Shown piece after piece: positions 1-13,255 of a stretch of DNA of 64,000 nt. How positions within the stretch are numbered: position 1 is the first letter of the stretch; each line of letters begins with the position of its first letter. The position numbers and the translations under genes were made by a program. This stretch comes from Octopus sinensis (Eukaryota), in contig NC_043014.1 of NCBI RefSeq assembly GCF_006345805.1, positions 52,204,001-52,268,000 on the forward strand. The letters are read 5' to 3'. The notes below the pieces were generated by a model that saw nothing but the letters and a program-made list of their open reading frames with translations, was not told the DNA's origin and did no database searches.

Positions 1-40
1 CGTACTGTCACGTTCGGGTAGATTGACAGTATACAAACAA

Positions 41-140
41 NNNNNNNNNNNNNNNNNNNNNNNNNNNNNNNNNNNNNNNNNNNNNNNNNNNNNNNNNNNN
101 NNNNNNNNNNNNNNNNNNNNNNNNNNNNNNNNNNNNNNNN
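41..140. other. Assembly gap (100 N)
   Basis: Run of n from 41 to 140. Confidence 0.99.
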
Positions 141-564
141 GTACACACACATACACACATATATATACATATATACATACATGCAGATATACACATATTT
201 TCATATATATGTACACGTATGTATGCATATCTAGATATATATATGTATGTAGTTATATACATTACATGTACATAAGTTGATATATACTCATATATATGTA
301 TATATATATACACACACACGCACGCACGCACACACACGCATATATATTTATATATATCCATATATAGATATGTGTATTGTTCGCCTTGTCTACAATTCAT
401 GCAAAAATATATAAATACTTACCAGCGTAGCAAAAATCACAGAAGAAAAAGGGGCATGGCACCATATTTTTTGAGGTAGAAACTCCTGGTTGATGAGAAA
501 TATTTTGCATAATACATAAATAAATAAAAAAAGCTAAACACTGGTTTTATTCAAATTCTTTTAC

Positions 565-642
565 TTCCGACACATGTTTCGAAGATATCATTCGTTTTAT
601 TCCAAAGAATAAACTGGTTCAAAACAACGTAATCTTCTCTTC
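565..642 (-). ncRNA. Truncated inverted copy of the 1467 hammerhead (lacks 5' stem I and the start of the CUGA box)
   Basis: Reverse complement reads ...GAAGA GAAGAU...AUCUUC GAAAC AUGU GUC GGAA. Homology to the right copy stops inside the CUGAAGA box at 642. Confidence 0.65.
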
Positions 643-872
643 TGTTATCAAGTCGTGCAGGGTTAGGATTGGTTTTGTCAACACAAAAAATCACTGATAA
701 ATTATCTCCTCACGTAATATTAGTCTGTTAAATAAGAATCCATTTTCAAATACTAACATTAATTCAGTTAATACCATCCATCTCACTAGAAATATTAATA
801 ACAGGTTATTGTATCTGAGTCAATTCCAACAGAATTAAGTTTATGTCAAGTTATTCTGACATGAAAATCCAT

Positions 873-1150
873 ATTTACCGGTGTGAAATTAATTTAGGTA
901 CCGATGCCTTTTTTTTTTATATAGGTACTACTCCTCAGTTATCTAAAAGAAATTCTTATCATTCATTACTCTACATTTAGGGATAGGAATAAACGGATGA
1001 GTGCAGGCTTATTGAATTAATCTGGTATCTAAAAGACAACAATGAACACTTTAATTTAGATTGGTTGATTCTCTCAATTTCGTTCCCATATGATAAAGGC
1101 AAGGAATTTTGTCTTCTCTGTAATTGTGATCTACTTTTATGCTTTGTTTT
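873..1150 (+). pseudogene. Penelope-type GIY-YIG endonuclease fragment (frameshifted)
   Basis: Manual translation: 873-962 IYRCEINLGTDAFFFYIGTTPQLSKRNSYH (IY...YIG motif); then HYSTFRDRNKRMSAGL; after a frameshift LIWYLKDNNEHFNLDWLILSISFPYDKGKEFCLLCNCD. This matches the PLE pattern IWxLKD...W.I...Y...C.LC. Confidence 0.8.
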
Positions 1151-1466
1151 CTAAAATCCCCTTGTAAACACTGTTATAGATGTGTGCTTATCGATGTAAA
1201 CATTGTAAGAAAGATACCTTTAGTTCATAAACGTGATATATACAATTATTTATAATTTAAACATAGATTTTATTCATACGTTTCACTTTCACTAGATATA
1301 TCTTTTTCCAAGACTTTAAGGTTTTTATTTTACTCACATATCGTTCTATATTTCTCATTTATTTGGTTTCGTTTACCCCCTCTCCTCTAACTATATGATA
1401 CTATCCTATAACGTTTTTATTTTTAACTTAATAGCGTTCAGTTCATCACTTTACATATCCGTCGTA

Positions 1467-1551
1467 TTCCCTGAAGAGAAGATTACATTCTTTTAGACCA
1501 TTTTATTCCTTTGGAATAATAAGAATTATATATTCGAAACATGTGTCGGAA
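1467..1551 (+). ncRNA. Type I hammerhead ribozyme, intact core, long stem II
   Basis: Stem I UUCC (1467-70)/GGAA (1548-51); CUGAAGA 1471-77; stem II GAA...UUC (1478-1535) with inner helices attctt/aagaat and ttattcc/ggaataa; GAAA 1536-39; C-AUGU-G; GUC triplet 1545-47. Confidence 0.8.
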
Positions 1552-1586
1552 GTAAAAAAATTGAATAACACCTACGTTTATCTCCA

Positions 1587-2760
1587 TTTATATATATATA
1601 TTATATATATATACATATACATACATGTATATACATATATACATAAATCTATAGATATATAAATCTATAAATGCATATATATGTATATACATACTTATAT
1701 ACATATATAAGTGCATACATATACACACATATATACATGTATACACACACACACATATATATATATGCATACATATATATATATACACACACACATATAT
1801 ATATATATACATATATATATACACACACACATATATATATATATATACATATATATACATATATACATATATATATATACATATATATACATATGCATAC
1901 ATATATATATACATATATGCATACATATATGCATACATATAATATATTATATATTATATATACATGTGCAAAATATATATCATATATATAACATATGCAT
2001 ACATATATATATATATGCATACATATATATATATATGCATACATATATATATATATATACATATGCATACATATATATATATATGCATACATATATATAT
2101 GCATACAATATATATATATATATATATACATGTGCATCCATATATAAATATATATATATATACATGTGCATACATATATATATATATATATACATGTGCA
2201 TACATATATATATATATATACATATGCATACATATATATATATATATACATAGCATACATATATATATATATATATACTATGCATACATATATATATATA
2301 TACATATGCATACATAATAATATATACATATGCATACATATATATATATACTATATATACATATAATGCATACATATATACATATATATGCATATATATA
2401 TATATATGCATATATATATATATATGCATACATATAATATATATATGCATACATAATATATATATGCATACATATAATATATATGCATACATATATATTA
2501 CATATATATATACATATATATATACATATTATATATACATATATATATACATATATATATACATATATATACATATATATATACATTATATATGTGTATA
2601 TATATGTATGCATACATATATATATACATACATATATATATATACATACATATATATACACCATATACATATGTTATATACTATGCTTATTGCTTTTTCT
2701 GGTTTCACTTTTCATTCCCCTCATTCTCAAGGAACCACACACATATTAATATATATATAT

Positions 2761-2833
<73 letters not shown>

Positions 2834-2900
2834 CATATATATATATAACATATACATATATTATCATTATACATATATATATATAAATTGAATATATACA
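1587..2900. repeat. Compound (AT)n microsatellite with interspersed ATGCATAC/ATAC units
   Basis: Direct reading; source of many Y/I/M/C-rich ORF-track artefacts. Confidence 0.95.
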
Positions 2901-3220
2901 TATATATGTACATATATATAATATATACCTGTATGTCCTTATCTGTTTTCTCCATTCGTCTGTATCCCGTCTCATCGAACATATACTGTTCTGCTTTCTC
3001 TGTACTTTGTAAATTGGGGAACATCTATCTCTGGGAATGGAAAAGCTGGTTAATACCTGTAATATTACAATTATGTCTCAAGTCCTTTAAGAGAAATGCA
3101 TGCAAAATTGATGATAGTTGATATTAATAGAAGAGGGAGTTAATGTGGACCATTAATCCATTGCCATTTAATGCGGCTGGAAGTAAAGAGAAAAAAAGGA
3201 AGAAAATTCATCTATCTATG

Positions 3221-3277
<57 letters not shown>

Positions 3278-4340
3278 TACCAAGTGTGAATATATGTGAA
3301 GCACAGCTCAGAGCGTGTCCCATTTCCATCTTAGATGTGCCACAAATAGTGCAAACTGCAATTAATTTACGGTCAAGGTTTTTTGGAATAGGAATGACTG
3401 ATTTGTAGATTTTTAAGTATGAAGATCATTCTTTGATGTGACAGATCACTAATTTTCACATTCTCGTATGTCTTTGATCTATCAATAATCTTCAATATTT
3501 GAAGATATTGTGTGCTTTTTCTTAAATCACCAAGATGTATTTGGCTAATGGTGTCAAAAGAAGGAATTAAGGTTGTAGAACTTTTAATAACATCACTAGA
3601 ATGATTTGATAATCGATAAAGTACAGTAATGCATGAATGGTTGTGTGACGATTCATAGACAGAATTTCGTAGATTCAATGCGCTAAATTATCATCACTTA
3701 GACAACATCACGAACGCCTTCACTAAAACATGTGTGTGTTTGTGTGTGTGTGTGTTTGTGTATACAGAAGTATGCATACATAAATGTATATGTACATACG
3801 TACAATTATAAGAAAATTTGCTTATGTATATAAGCGGATAGATAGATAGATTGATAAGGATAGATAGACTGATAAGGATATATAGATAGATAAATGGATG
3901 GACAGATACATACATACATACATACATACATACATACATACATACGTACAGCACAATGCCTAAATACCAATCTTTTAGACATTAGGCTTTACAAAACCAG
4001 AAAGGAGAAAGCTAATTCGAAGACTCCAGATACAATCCATCGCTGGAACTCTAAAAATCTGTAAACGTCTTCAGGAATTTTGTTATTTAAATATATTGAG
4101 CATGTCTAGATATGTGAATATGTGACTATATGCATGGGTATACATACATAAAACATACAAATCTGCTCATACATACATACAAAGAAAAATACCCTGTTGT
4201 TGATGTTGAAATTCCAGTGAAGAAACCTTAGAACTAGGTTAAGAACCGGTTCTTTTCTGCATTGTCAAGAAATCATGAAATAAACTGAATGACATACATG
4301 GATGCATGGATAAAATGTGAAACAGACTGCAATTTCAAAT

Positions 4341-4503
4341 AGGCGCAGGAGTGGCTGTGGGGTAAGTAGCTTGCTAACCAACCACATGGTTCCGGGTTCA
4401 GTCCCGCTGCGTGGCATCTTGGGCAAGTGTCTTCTGCTATAGGCTCGGGCCGACCAATGCCTTGTGAGTGGATTTGGTAGACGGAAACTGAAAGAAGCCT
4501 GTC

Positions 4504-4541
<38 letters not shown>

Positions 4542-4758
4542 GTGTGTATGTGTTTGTGTGTTTGTCTCCCTAGCATTGCTTGACAACCGATGCTGGTGTG
4601 TTTACGTCCCCGACACCTAGCGGTTCGGCAAAAGAGACCGATAGAAACAGTACTAGGCTTACAAAGAATAAGTCCCGGGGTCGATTTGCTCGACTAAAGG
4701 CGGTGCTCCAGCATGACTGCAGTCAAATGACTGAAACAAGTAAAAGAGGGTAAAAGAG
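4341..4758 (+). mobile_element. tRNA-derived SINE, family A (full length, internal (AT)n(GT)n tract, TAAAAGAG tail)
   Basis: Head aggcgcaggagtggctgtg..ggtaag (A-box-like), ggttcagtcc (B-box-like), cttgggcaagtgtcttc core. Near-identical copies at 5739, 6594, 7010, 25582, 61397. Confidence 0.85.
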
Positions 4759-5738
4759 GGTAGGGAAACGGTATTTACCTGGTTTCGGCACTTAGAATTG
4801 TGCGCTGGTGCGTTAGACTTTCCACGTATAATCTTTCTGGATACCGTCTTGTGGAAGAGGATATAGTACTCTATAACCCAAGTGTGGAAAAGTAAAATAT
4901 ATTCTACGTGACAGCACAGGCAATGCTTAAAATTCTTTAGTCGTAAACAGATCATCGATAAAATAAATTCATGTTAAAATGTTAATTCTCTTCGTAGTAT
5001 TACTTCTCGGAATAATCTATACTCAGTGTTAAGCAATCATGAATGATTCATCATTTGTTAAGAATCGCCATTATACGGCACATGTTACCTACATAAGGTT
5101 AGATAAGGTGACCTTTCACTGCTCTATGGCTTAATGACAAACTTAATCTTGTGTCAGCGTATACACTACACATCCCACTGCTTCTTGTTAACAACTGTAT
5201 CGACCAGGCGATCAGACTGCATTTCATAATAATATATCGGAAATAGAATCGGGATTTCATATCATAATTTAACAAGATTGCATCTTAAATCTTATGAAGT
5301 TATGTGAAATTAATGTATCATCTTAGATGTGAGATTAATAATAATAACTACCGCTGCTTGTGATTTCAAATTATCTCTCTATCTTTATTTCATTCAGAGA
5401 TGCGATATTTCCTATCTGTATATATTATGTCATATTCTGATACAAATATGGCGATGATGCAAATGCGGTGTCATTATTCTATGAGTCATAACATCGCACA
5501 TGGGAAGCAGAACATTAAAATTCCTAGCTTAGTTTCTAATCACAGATTTCCATTGATTGCGAAAATAGTTTTAACTGTCACTCTCTCTCTGATGGAAATA
5601 TCTATGAAATATCTATGAAATCTGCTTCGAAGCAGGTTCGAACATATATACCATTTCGATATTGATACACTTGGTCTGAAAAGTATGGGCAACACGATCT
5701 AGGTAACATTGTTGATAAAGAATAACTACGTATCACTC

Positions 5739-6163
5739 TCTCTTTACTCTTTTACTCTTTTGCTTGTTTCAGTCATTTGACTGCGGCCATGCTGGAGCAC
5801 CGCCTTTAGTCGAGAAACTCGACCCCGGGACTTATTCTTTTTGTAACCCCAGTACTTATTCTATCGGTCTCTTTTGCCGAACCGCTAAGTGACGGGGACG
5901 TAAGCACACCAGCATCGGTTGTCAAGCAATGCTAGGGGAACAAATACAGACACACACACACATACATACATATATATATATATATATACATATATATACG
6001 ACCGGCTTCTTTCAGTTTCCGTCTACCAAATCCACTCACAAGGTATTGGTCGGCCCGGGGCTATAGCAGAAGACACTTGCCCAAGATGTCACGCAGTGGG
6101 ATTGAACCCGGAACCATGTGGTTGGTTAGCAAGCTACTTACCACACAGCCACTCCTGCGCCTA
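5739..6163 (-). mobile_element. SINE family A, full length
   Basis: Reverse complement of the 4341-4758 sequence, including the ctcttttactc tail and the cactcctgcgcct head. Confidence 0.85.
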
Positions 6164-6593
6164 TTTATCAATCCATGTATCTCTTTTCCCCCCTCTTCTA
6201 ACTTGTGTAGCTATCTATCTTCTTTTATATATCTCAGCCCCTGTATCTTGTTCTCCCCTTATTCAACTGTCTATCTCGATCATCATCCCTCTCTTTTTTA
6301 TATGCATATAATACGTTATAGTCTGTAGATAGATTTATAATCCAAAGTGTGTCCTCGTAGAGCACATTTGCATATTCCAGTAGTCCGAGGTTCATTTATA
6401 GATATCATGTGCTATATGAGAGCTCAAAATGCGGGAAAGTATCGTATGTCGAGTAATTACATATCAAAACTGAAAATTGGGAAATTCCGTATTTTTTTAA
6501 ATCCCCATTGCATGTTTCATTACTTTTTATTGCATTAATTCTTCATCTGAAGAATTACTAACAGAAGATGTTTCATAGCTCATATTATTTAAT

Positions 6594-6945
6594 GAGTGGC
6601 TGTGTGGTAAGTAGCTTGCTAACCAACCACACGGTTGCGGGTTCAGTCCCACTGCGTGGCATCTTGGGCAAGTGTCTTCTGCTATAGCCCCGGGCCGACC
6701 AATGCCTTGTGAGTGGATTTGGTAGACGGAAACTTAAAGAAGCCTGTCGTATATATGTATATATATGCATGTGTGTGTGTGTTTGTGTGTCTGTGTTTGT
6801 CCCCCTAGCATTGCTTGACAACCGATGCTGGTGTGTTTACGTCCCCGTCACTTAGCGGTTCGGCAAAAAGAGACCGATAGAATAAGTACTAAAAGGTGGT
6901 GCTCCAGCATGGCCGCAGTCAAATGACTGAAACAAGTAAAAGAAT
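6594..6945 (+). mobile_element. SINE family A with ~50-bp internal deletion
   Basis: Matches family A; the segment between ataagtact and aaaggtggtgctcc is missing. Confidence 0.85.
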
Positions 6946-7009
6946 AATAGAGTATATGTACTAGAGATGAAAAAGTATCCAATTTTCCCCAGGCGTCTCT
7001 GTCTTTTCT

Positions 7010-7402
7010 CTTTTTCTTTTTTTACATGTTTCAGTCATTTGACTGCGGCCATGCTGGGGCACCGTCTTTAGTCGAACAAATCGATCCCCAGGTCTTATTC
7101 TTTGTAAGCCTAGTACTTATTCTATCGGTCTCTTATGCCGAACCGCTAAGTTACGAAAACGCAAACACACCAGCATCGGTTGTCAAGCGATGCTGTAGGG
7201 GCAAACACAGACACACACACACATTATATATACATATACGACGGGCTTATTTCAGTTTCCGTCTACCAAATCCACTCACATGACTTTGGTCGGCCCGAGA
7301 CTATAGCAAAAGACACTTGCCCAATGTGCCACGGAATGGGACTGAACCAGGAATCATGTGGTTGGTAAGCAAGCATCTTAACACACAGCCACTCCTACGT
7401 CT
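7010..7402 (-). mobile_element. SINE family A, more diverged copy
   Basis: Colinear reverse-complement match to family A with many substitutions. Confidence 0.8.
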
Positions 7403-7559
7403 TTTTATATGTCTTCCTAAATGGGGAGTAAATCGTAATATTTACAATGCAGCATTCAACTCAAGCTCTACAATCTCGAATTGTAGAGTCTGCTGGTTTT
7501 TAGAAAATCGAGGTAACACGTTGGTAAAGCCTATGCGTGGAACTTACGAAGAGTAAAAT

Positions 7560-7829
7560 ATAACCCGGATAAAAGACAAAGAAAATATCAACCCCGTCTT
7601 TCACGACCGGTTTCGGTACCGATTTAAATTTAAGAAAACTGCACTAAAAAAACAGAACCTGCATCTAGTGAGAGATAAATATATTTTATTTTAAACAATA
7701 TGTAAATATGAACAAATGAACTACTACAATATTTCCTGCTCTCATAATACACGGTACACTTTGCAATCTTTCCTAACTATTATGCTATTAGTGCATGAAG
7801 CTTAGAGGAGCTTCGTATGTCTACTATAT

Positions 7830-7888
<59 letters not shown>

Positions 7889-8045
7889 CTAAAGGGGAGA
7901 GAGAGAATCCATGCCTGCATCCATACACATGTATACATACTTTACATTTTGTTTTGATATCGTGGTATTCTGTTATTCTAGTACGGAAAGTTTCTTCTGC
8001 TAACGGAATGTTGTGAATAACGGTTTTGAGCGAATTCGCCAACAC
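7560..8045 (-). mobile_element. Putative decayed Penelope-like element 3' end (GIY-YIG-like fragment plus hammerhead relic)
   Basis: Minus-strand translation EETFRTRITEYHDIK (~7950-8000) resembles the GIY-YIG GET.R.L..RI.EH segment. A hammerhead relic lies downstream at 7599-7673. Confidence 0.4.
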
Positions 8046-8189
8046 GATTGGAACGAAAAAAATTAATAGATAAGTGATTAAATGATGTTAATGAGCTTCG
8101 AGTGTTTTTGAATGGCTAATTGTTTCAACACATCATCTCAAATCAAATTCCTTGCCTGGAAAGTATAACCTCGAAATACATATACGCAT

Positions 8190-8207
8190 ACACAACACAC
8201 ATCCACC

Positions 8208-8249
<42 letters not shown>

Positions 8250-8990
8250 GGAGAGAGAGAGAGAGAGAGAGAGAGAAACTGCGAAAGAGAGAGTATGAGA
8301 GAAAGTTATGTGCGTGTATATGTGTCATATATATATACACACACACACACATATATATACATATACATACACACACATATATATATATAAATATATATAT
8401 ACATACACACACATATATTATATAAATATATATATACATACACACACATATTATATATACAAATATATATAGACATACACACACATATATATTACACTAT
8501 AATATACATACACACATATATAATAACATATATATAGACATACACACACATATATATATACATATACAACACACACAATACATATATACATAATTATATA
8601 CACACACCTAACACATATATATAACACATACACAACATATATAATATACATAAACACACATAACACATATAATATATACATACACACATAATATAACATA
8701 CATACACACATACATACAACATACACACATATACATACACACATACATATATATATATATATAATATATCATACACACACCCACATATATACACCCACCA
8801 CAATATAATATAAAATACATACACAATATATATATATATATACACACACATAATATATAGACACACATCACATATATATATACACACACAGATATATAGA
8901 CACCACTCACAATAATATCCACACACATTATATCTATATACAACATATAATAATATATATAGATATAATATATATATATAAATATAGGTG
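8190..8990. repeat. (AT)n/(AG)n/(AC)n compound low-complexity tract
   Basis: Direct reading. Confidence 0.9.
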
Positions 8991-9437
8991 GTTTTCTGCG
9001 TTTTATGTAATTTTTTTTTTTCGCTTTAAATAGCTGTTTATAATAGCTATTTAGCTGTTTATTTGTATAAGCAGCAACCATTTTCGAAGCAGAAAATCGA
9101 TTAGTCAATGAGTGCATCACCAATATTATAAATTCAACTTAAGATTTTATAGTATTTCAAATATCATATCGATGTTATAGTTTTCTCAAATTAATCGAAC
9201 ATCTGAAAATATCATCAACATCAATATTTCATGAAGAGTCCTTGAAGCACAGGTTCGTGTTAATTCATGTTTCAGATAAGCTGAGTATTGGGTACCAGAT
9301 TCATTTTCTTCGTTGATACACACATTTATTCACACACACACTCATACACTATATGCCTATACATACTATTTTCATAACCAAAGACACGTATACACACACT
9401 ATACCACACGTACGTATACACACACACACACACACAT

Positions 9438-9482
<45 letters not shown>

Positions 9483-9512
9483 GGCACACACACGATCATA
9501 AAAGTAGATATA

Positions 9513-9769
9513 TATTGGGCTGGTACATAATTATTGCGGCTTTTCTTGAAGAAATTTTATTCAACAAAAACAATAACAAGTAATAAAGACATCTTTAAAT
9601 GATTATTCCGAAGCATATTCACGATCTACTTCAATTACAGCTTCCCATTTGCTTGGCGGACGGTCAGACCGTCATTTAAAGATGTTTTTATCAAATATTG
9701 TTATTGTTCTTTTGTTGAACAAAATTTCTTGAAAAGAATAAGCCGCAATAATTATACGCCAACCCAATA
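9513..9769. mobile_element. Mariner-derived MITE with ~90-bp inverted arms and TA flanks
   Basis: TA-ttgggctggtacataattattgcggctt ... aagccgcaataattatacgccaacccaa-TA. Minus strand 9656-9603 encodes PSKWEAVIEVDREYASE*, resembling a mariner transposase C-terminus. Confidence 0.8.
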
Positions 9770-11455
9770 TGTACACGCACACCCACACAAAAGATCTTAT
9801 TCATTTCCCACATTTCAATAAATGTCTAAATACTTTACGCTCTTATATAGATAAACGCACATGTATTAATTTGACCACATGTATTTCTATCGTTTAACGT
9901 CATTTCAATTTATACGACGGCTTGCCAATAAGCTGCAGTCAAACCGAGTTCTGACTGCGCATATAATGTAACAGACACTGTTTTCTCTTTCAGTTGTCAT
10001 CAGCTACAAAAAATATTATTCTAGTTCTGCACATCTATAACTTATTTTCTTGGTTTTCTTTTACTGAGTACCTATCTTTTCTCCGCTTTTCTTTCATCTT
10101 GAATTTCACATTTCGTATGTGGTTATTCTTGAAGAGAGAGAAAGAAATTGATGATAGCGAATCGAGAGAATTATCATTTGTGTGTGAGAGTATAGGGAAC
10201 CGTCTGCTTTCATTCAAAAGAAAATATACTCCGTCAATGTAAATTATATATTCCCTTCCTGTGTACAGATTAATATGTCATGTTATTTCCAATTAAAATA
10301 TTCTCGTATTTGAATTGCATTCACTTGAATATAGCCAAGCAATAAATTACACAAATTTTGTGTTATGAAAATGAGAACAAACTTCGTTACAATTTTAATT
10401 CAAGTCACTCGCTTGTTTCGTGGAATGCTATATTCAAGATATCATTTAAATTATTGATATGAATGTAAGATATGTTAACAGATTATTTAATATGCTTATG
10501 AAGATGAAATGTTTTATATTGAGATGATTGTAATAACTCATGCCTTTACAATACCTGAGTTTCAGCTTTATTAATTTAATAGACAAAATAGATATATTCA
10601 CATCTCTGGATTGCAATGAGCAATCAACGGTAGAATGCAGTTAAATCACCACAACAATTTGTCATATTAAATATGATGGAATGTAATTAAGAAAATGATA
10701 TTATGAAGATACGACATACACAGGATGAACTAAATATGAAGTTAAGTATCGACATATAAAGCGTTGCAAAATGCTGTCATCCCAACATGTTGGCCACATG
10801 TGGTATAACCACACAGAGTCTGTTCTAGAGCAGCGATTGTGATCCGAGCATGTGTGACCTGTCTAAACCTGGTCCACCGAAGTTCAAACCAATCCTGTTC
10901 ATACGTCTCTATTTCAAAACCGAATTTTTTCCTAATTAAATATCTGTTGTTGAGATGGATGTGGGAACGGTGAGATTCTATAGACTGTCAGCTCAGGAAT
11001 TTTTTTTGCACGAGTTTTCTCTGAAGAGCAGAATGCGTGAAAGTCAAAAGAGACATACTTCAAAATGAGGACAAAAACAAAATGGCGTGGAATGACAGCT
11101 ACAGGACTTAATTGCACAGCAGCACTCGAACAAATTACAGGAGTATATATATATATACATATATGTGTGTGTGCGTCGTGACTGCGTTTGTGTTTACATG
11201 TATGTATGTCTATGTGCATGTATGCATATATATACTCATGAACGGTATTATATTTTCATTGTAGCAATTAGTGTCTGGAAAATATGACTAGTAACAAAAC
11301 TCTTGCTATTATAATATATAGAAGACTTACTTGGAAAGATTTTCATGTTAAAGTAATATAAAAACACGTCCGATTCACTGGAGACATCTTCATTTTTTTT
11401 CTAAACTAATAGCTAAGACGTCAATACGCCAGCAATGATCATATATATATACAAA

Positions 11456-11487
<32 letters not shown>

Positions 11488-12015
11488 AATATATATATAT
11501 ATATATATACATATATAAATATATATATGTCTGTGTGTATGTGTGTGATTATATGTACGCATATATTCGATTATTTGTATGTATGTGCATAAATTTCTTT
11601 GTTTATTAACATACAAACATTTTCATATATACATTCAACTTTCCATAATTCACAGTCACGTACACGTTTAACTCAACAACACAAATACCTGCGACACACG
11701 TACACACACACATATACACTACTAGACACAGATTACTTACGTACACAAACAGTGCAAAAAAAAAACCCAGTGAAATCATAGCTACGTATGTATAAATGTG
11801 AGTTTATATATATATATATAACTGTGGACGACTTCATGTCTGTTTTACGGGTTTCGTATGTACGAGTGTGGACTCTTGGAGAGGAAAGAAATGTAAATAA
11901 ATGGAACCAGCTGAGGATTTGTATTGCTTGCGGTTACGCTTTATATTTGCATCTGAAAAGTAGCCTACTACATCCAATTAGTTCACTACATGACTGATAA
12001 ACACACCAGTCAGAT

Positions 12016-12046
<31 letters not shown>

Positions 12047-12287
12047 GTGTGTATTTGTGTGTGTCTGTGTTTGTGTGTGCGCACTAAAAGATAAGGGTAT
12101 TAAACTTATGTAAGTTATGTAACTTAATAACAAATACTCGGTAGATCGTACTAATGAGGTCACTTAAAATATAATTGATTGCTTCTCCAAATAAAGATCA
12201 TTTATTTTTTTTCTCTTGAACTGAGTACGTCTGTATGTCTGCATCACTCTTCTCTTATCTATGAAGATTGTTTGGAAATTACAATAT

Positions 12288-12323
<36 letters not shown>

Positions 12324-12718
12324 AAAGAGAGATATAGACAGAGACATAGATTGATAAATAGATAGGTAGCTAGTCAATTGGTTTGTGACAAGGAAACTGA
12401 ATGTTTGACAATTAAGAGATGGAGAGCCGTCACCAAATATTTATTCGTAAGACTACACAGGCACGTAAAATTGTTGCCCTTATTACATTACGTTTTTAAC
12501 AATTTTAGCAGGTAAAAAACCCCTGTATATTAGTTATGGTCTATCTTCATCTCCTTGATCCCAACAAAGCTAGCTTGCACTGATGGAGATAGGCAACGTT
12601 TTGAGGAAGTCGTTCGCCAGCTTCCAAAGAGTAATTTCTTGCACCCAGGGTGTTTATGGAAAAGAATTTACCTGTGTATATACATATCCTTCTCTCTTTA
12701 ATCATATACTTCTCTATC

Positions 12719-12763
<45 letters not shown>

Positions 12764-13255
12764 TATTATATATATAATTTAAGCGGCAGTCAGCAATGTG
12801 CACAAAAATGTAAAGTATTGAATATGATTGAAGGTGCTACAAACAACTACATTGCTAGAAATAAGAGCTAAACGCTCTAATGCAGGAGTCAGAGTACATA
12901 ACTGTATACATACATGCTGAAGGGACAGTAATCGACCGAAAAGAAGCGGCCGAGTTATTTCCACACTGATCGGTAATTTTCGGCTTTTGCCGTATCCACC
13001 TTCAGGTGATTTACCGAATCACGAATGTGTATATACACGTAATTAATTTAGTCAGCTGCTTGTGTTTTTAATCCGTCCATACCTATATCCTGAGCAGTAC
13101 AAGATATTAAACACTTTGAATTATTAAGATCAAAAGACACATAAAATAAATTTTTGCTCTGTTAGAGTTGTTGTGAGGAAGCAGATTAAACACGTGTCTT
13201 TAAAAGGTGACATATTTTTTTTAATGATAATTTATGCATTCAGACATAAGCCTGG

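Larger units (their letters stand above)
536..1580 (+). mobile_element. 5'-truncated Penelope-like retroelement: decayed GIY-YIG endonuclease, 3' pseudo-LTR with hammerhead, and an inverted pseudo-LTR copy at the 5' end
   Basis: Endonuclease remnant at 873-1150. The ~100-bp right end (1473-1580) is repeated in inverted orientation at 536-642 (ttacttccgacacatgtttcgaa vs ttcgaaacatgtgtcggaagtaa). Confidence 0.8.

Noticed and set aside
10750-10920. Minus-strand open frame FEIETYEQDWFELRWTRF...
   Set aside because: No start or splice signals and no recognisable motif.
11014-11055. Hammerhead-like CUGAAGA GCAGAAUGC GU GAAA GUC
   Set aside because: No stem III C-G pair, extra bases before GAAA and mismatched stem I; compatible with chance.
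12574-12630. Candidate phase-1 exon CTDGDRQRFEEVVRQLPK
   Set aside because: Weak acceptor and donor (gctag / gtaatt), no recognisable homology, no link to the other exons.
12961-13012. Minus-strand CUGAAGG...GGCAAAAGCC GAAA
   Set aside because: A9 is altered, stem II is asymmetric and there is no proper stem III or stem I.
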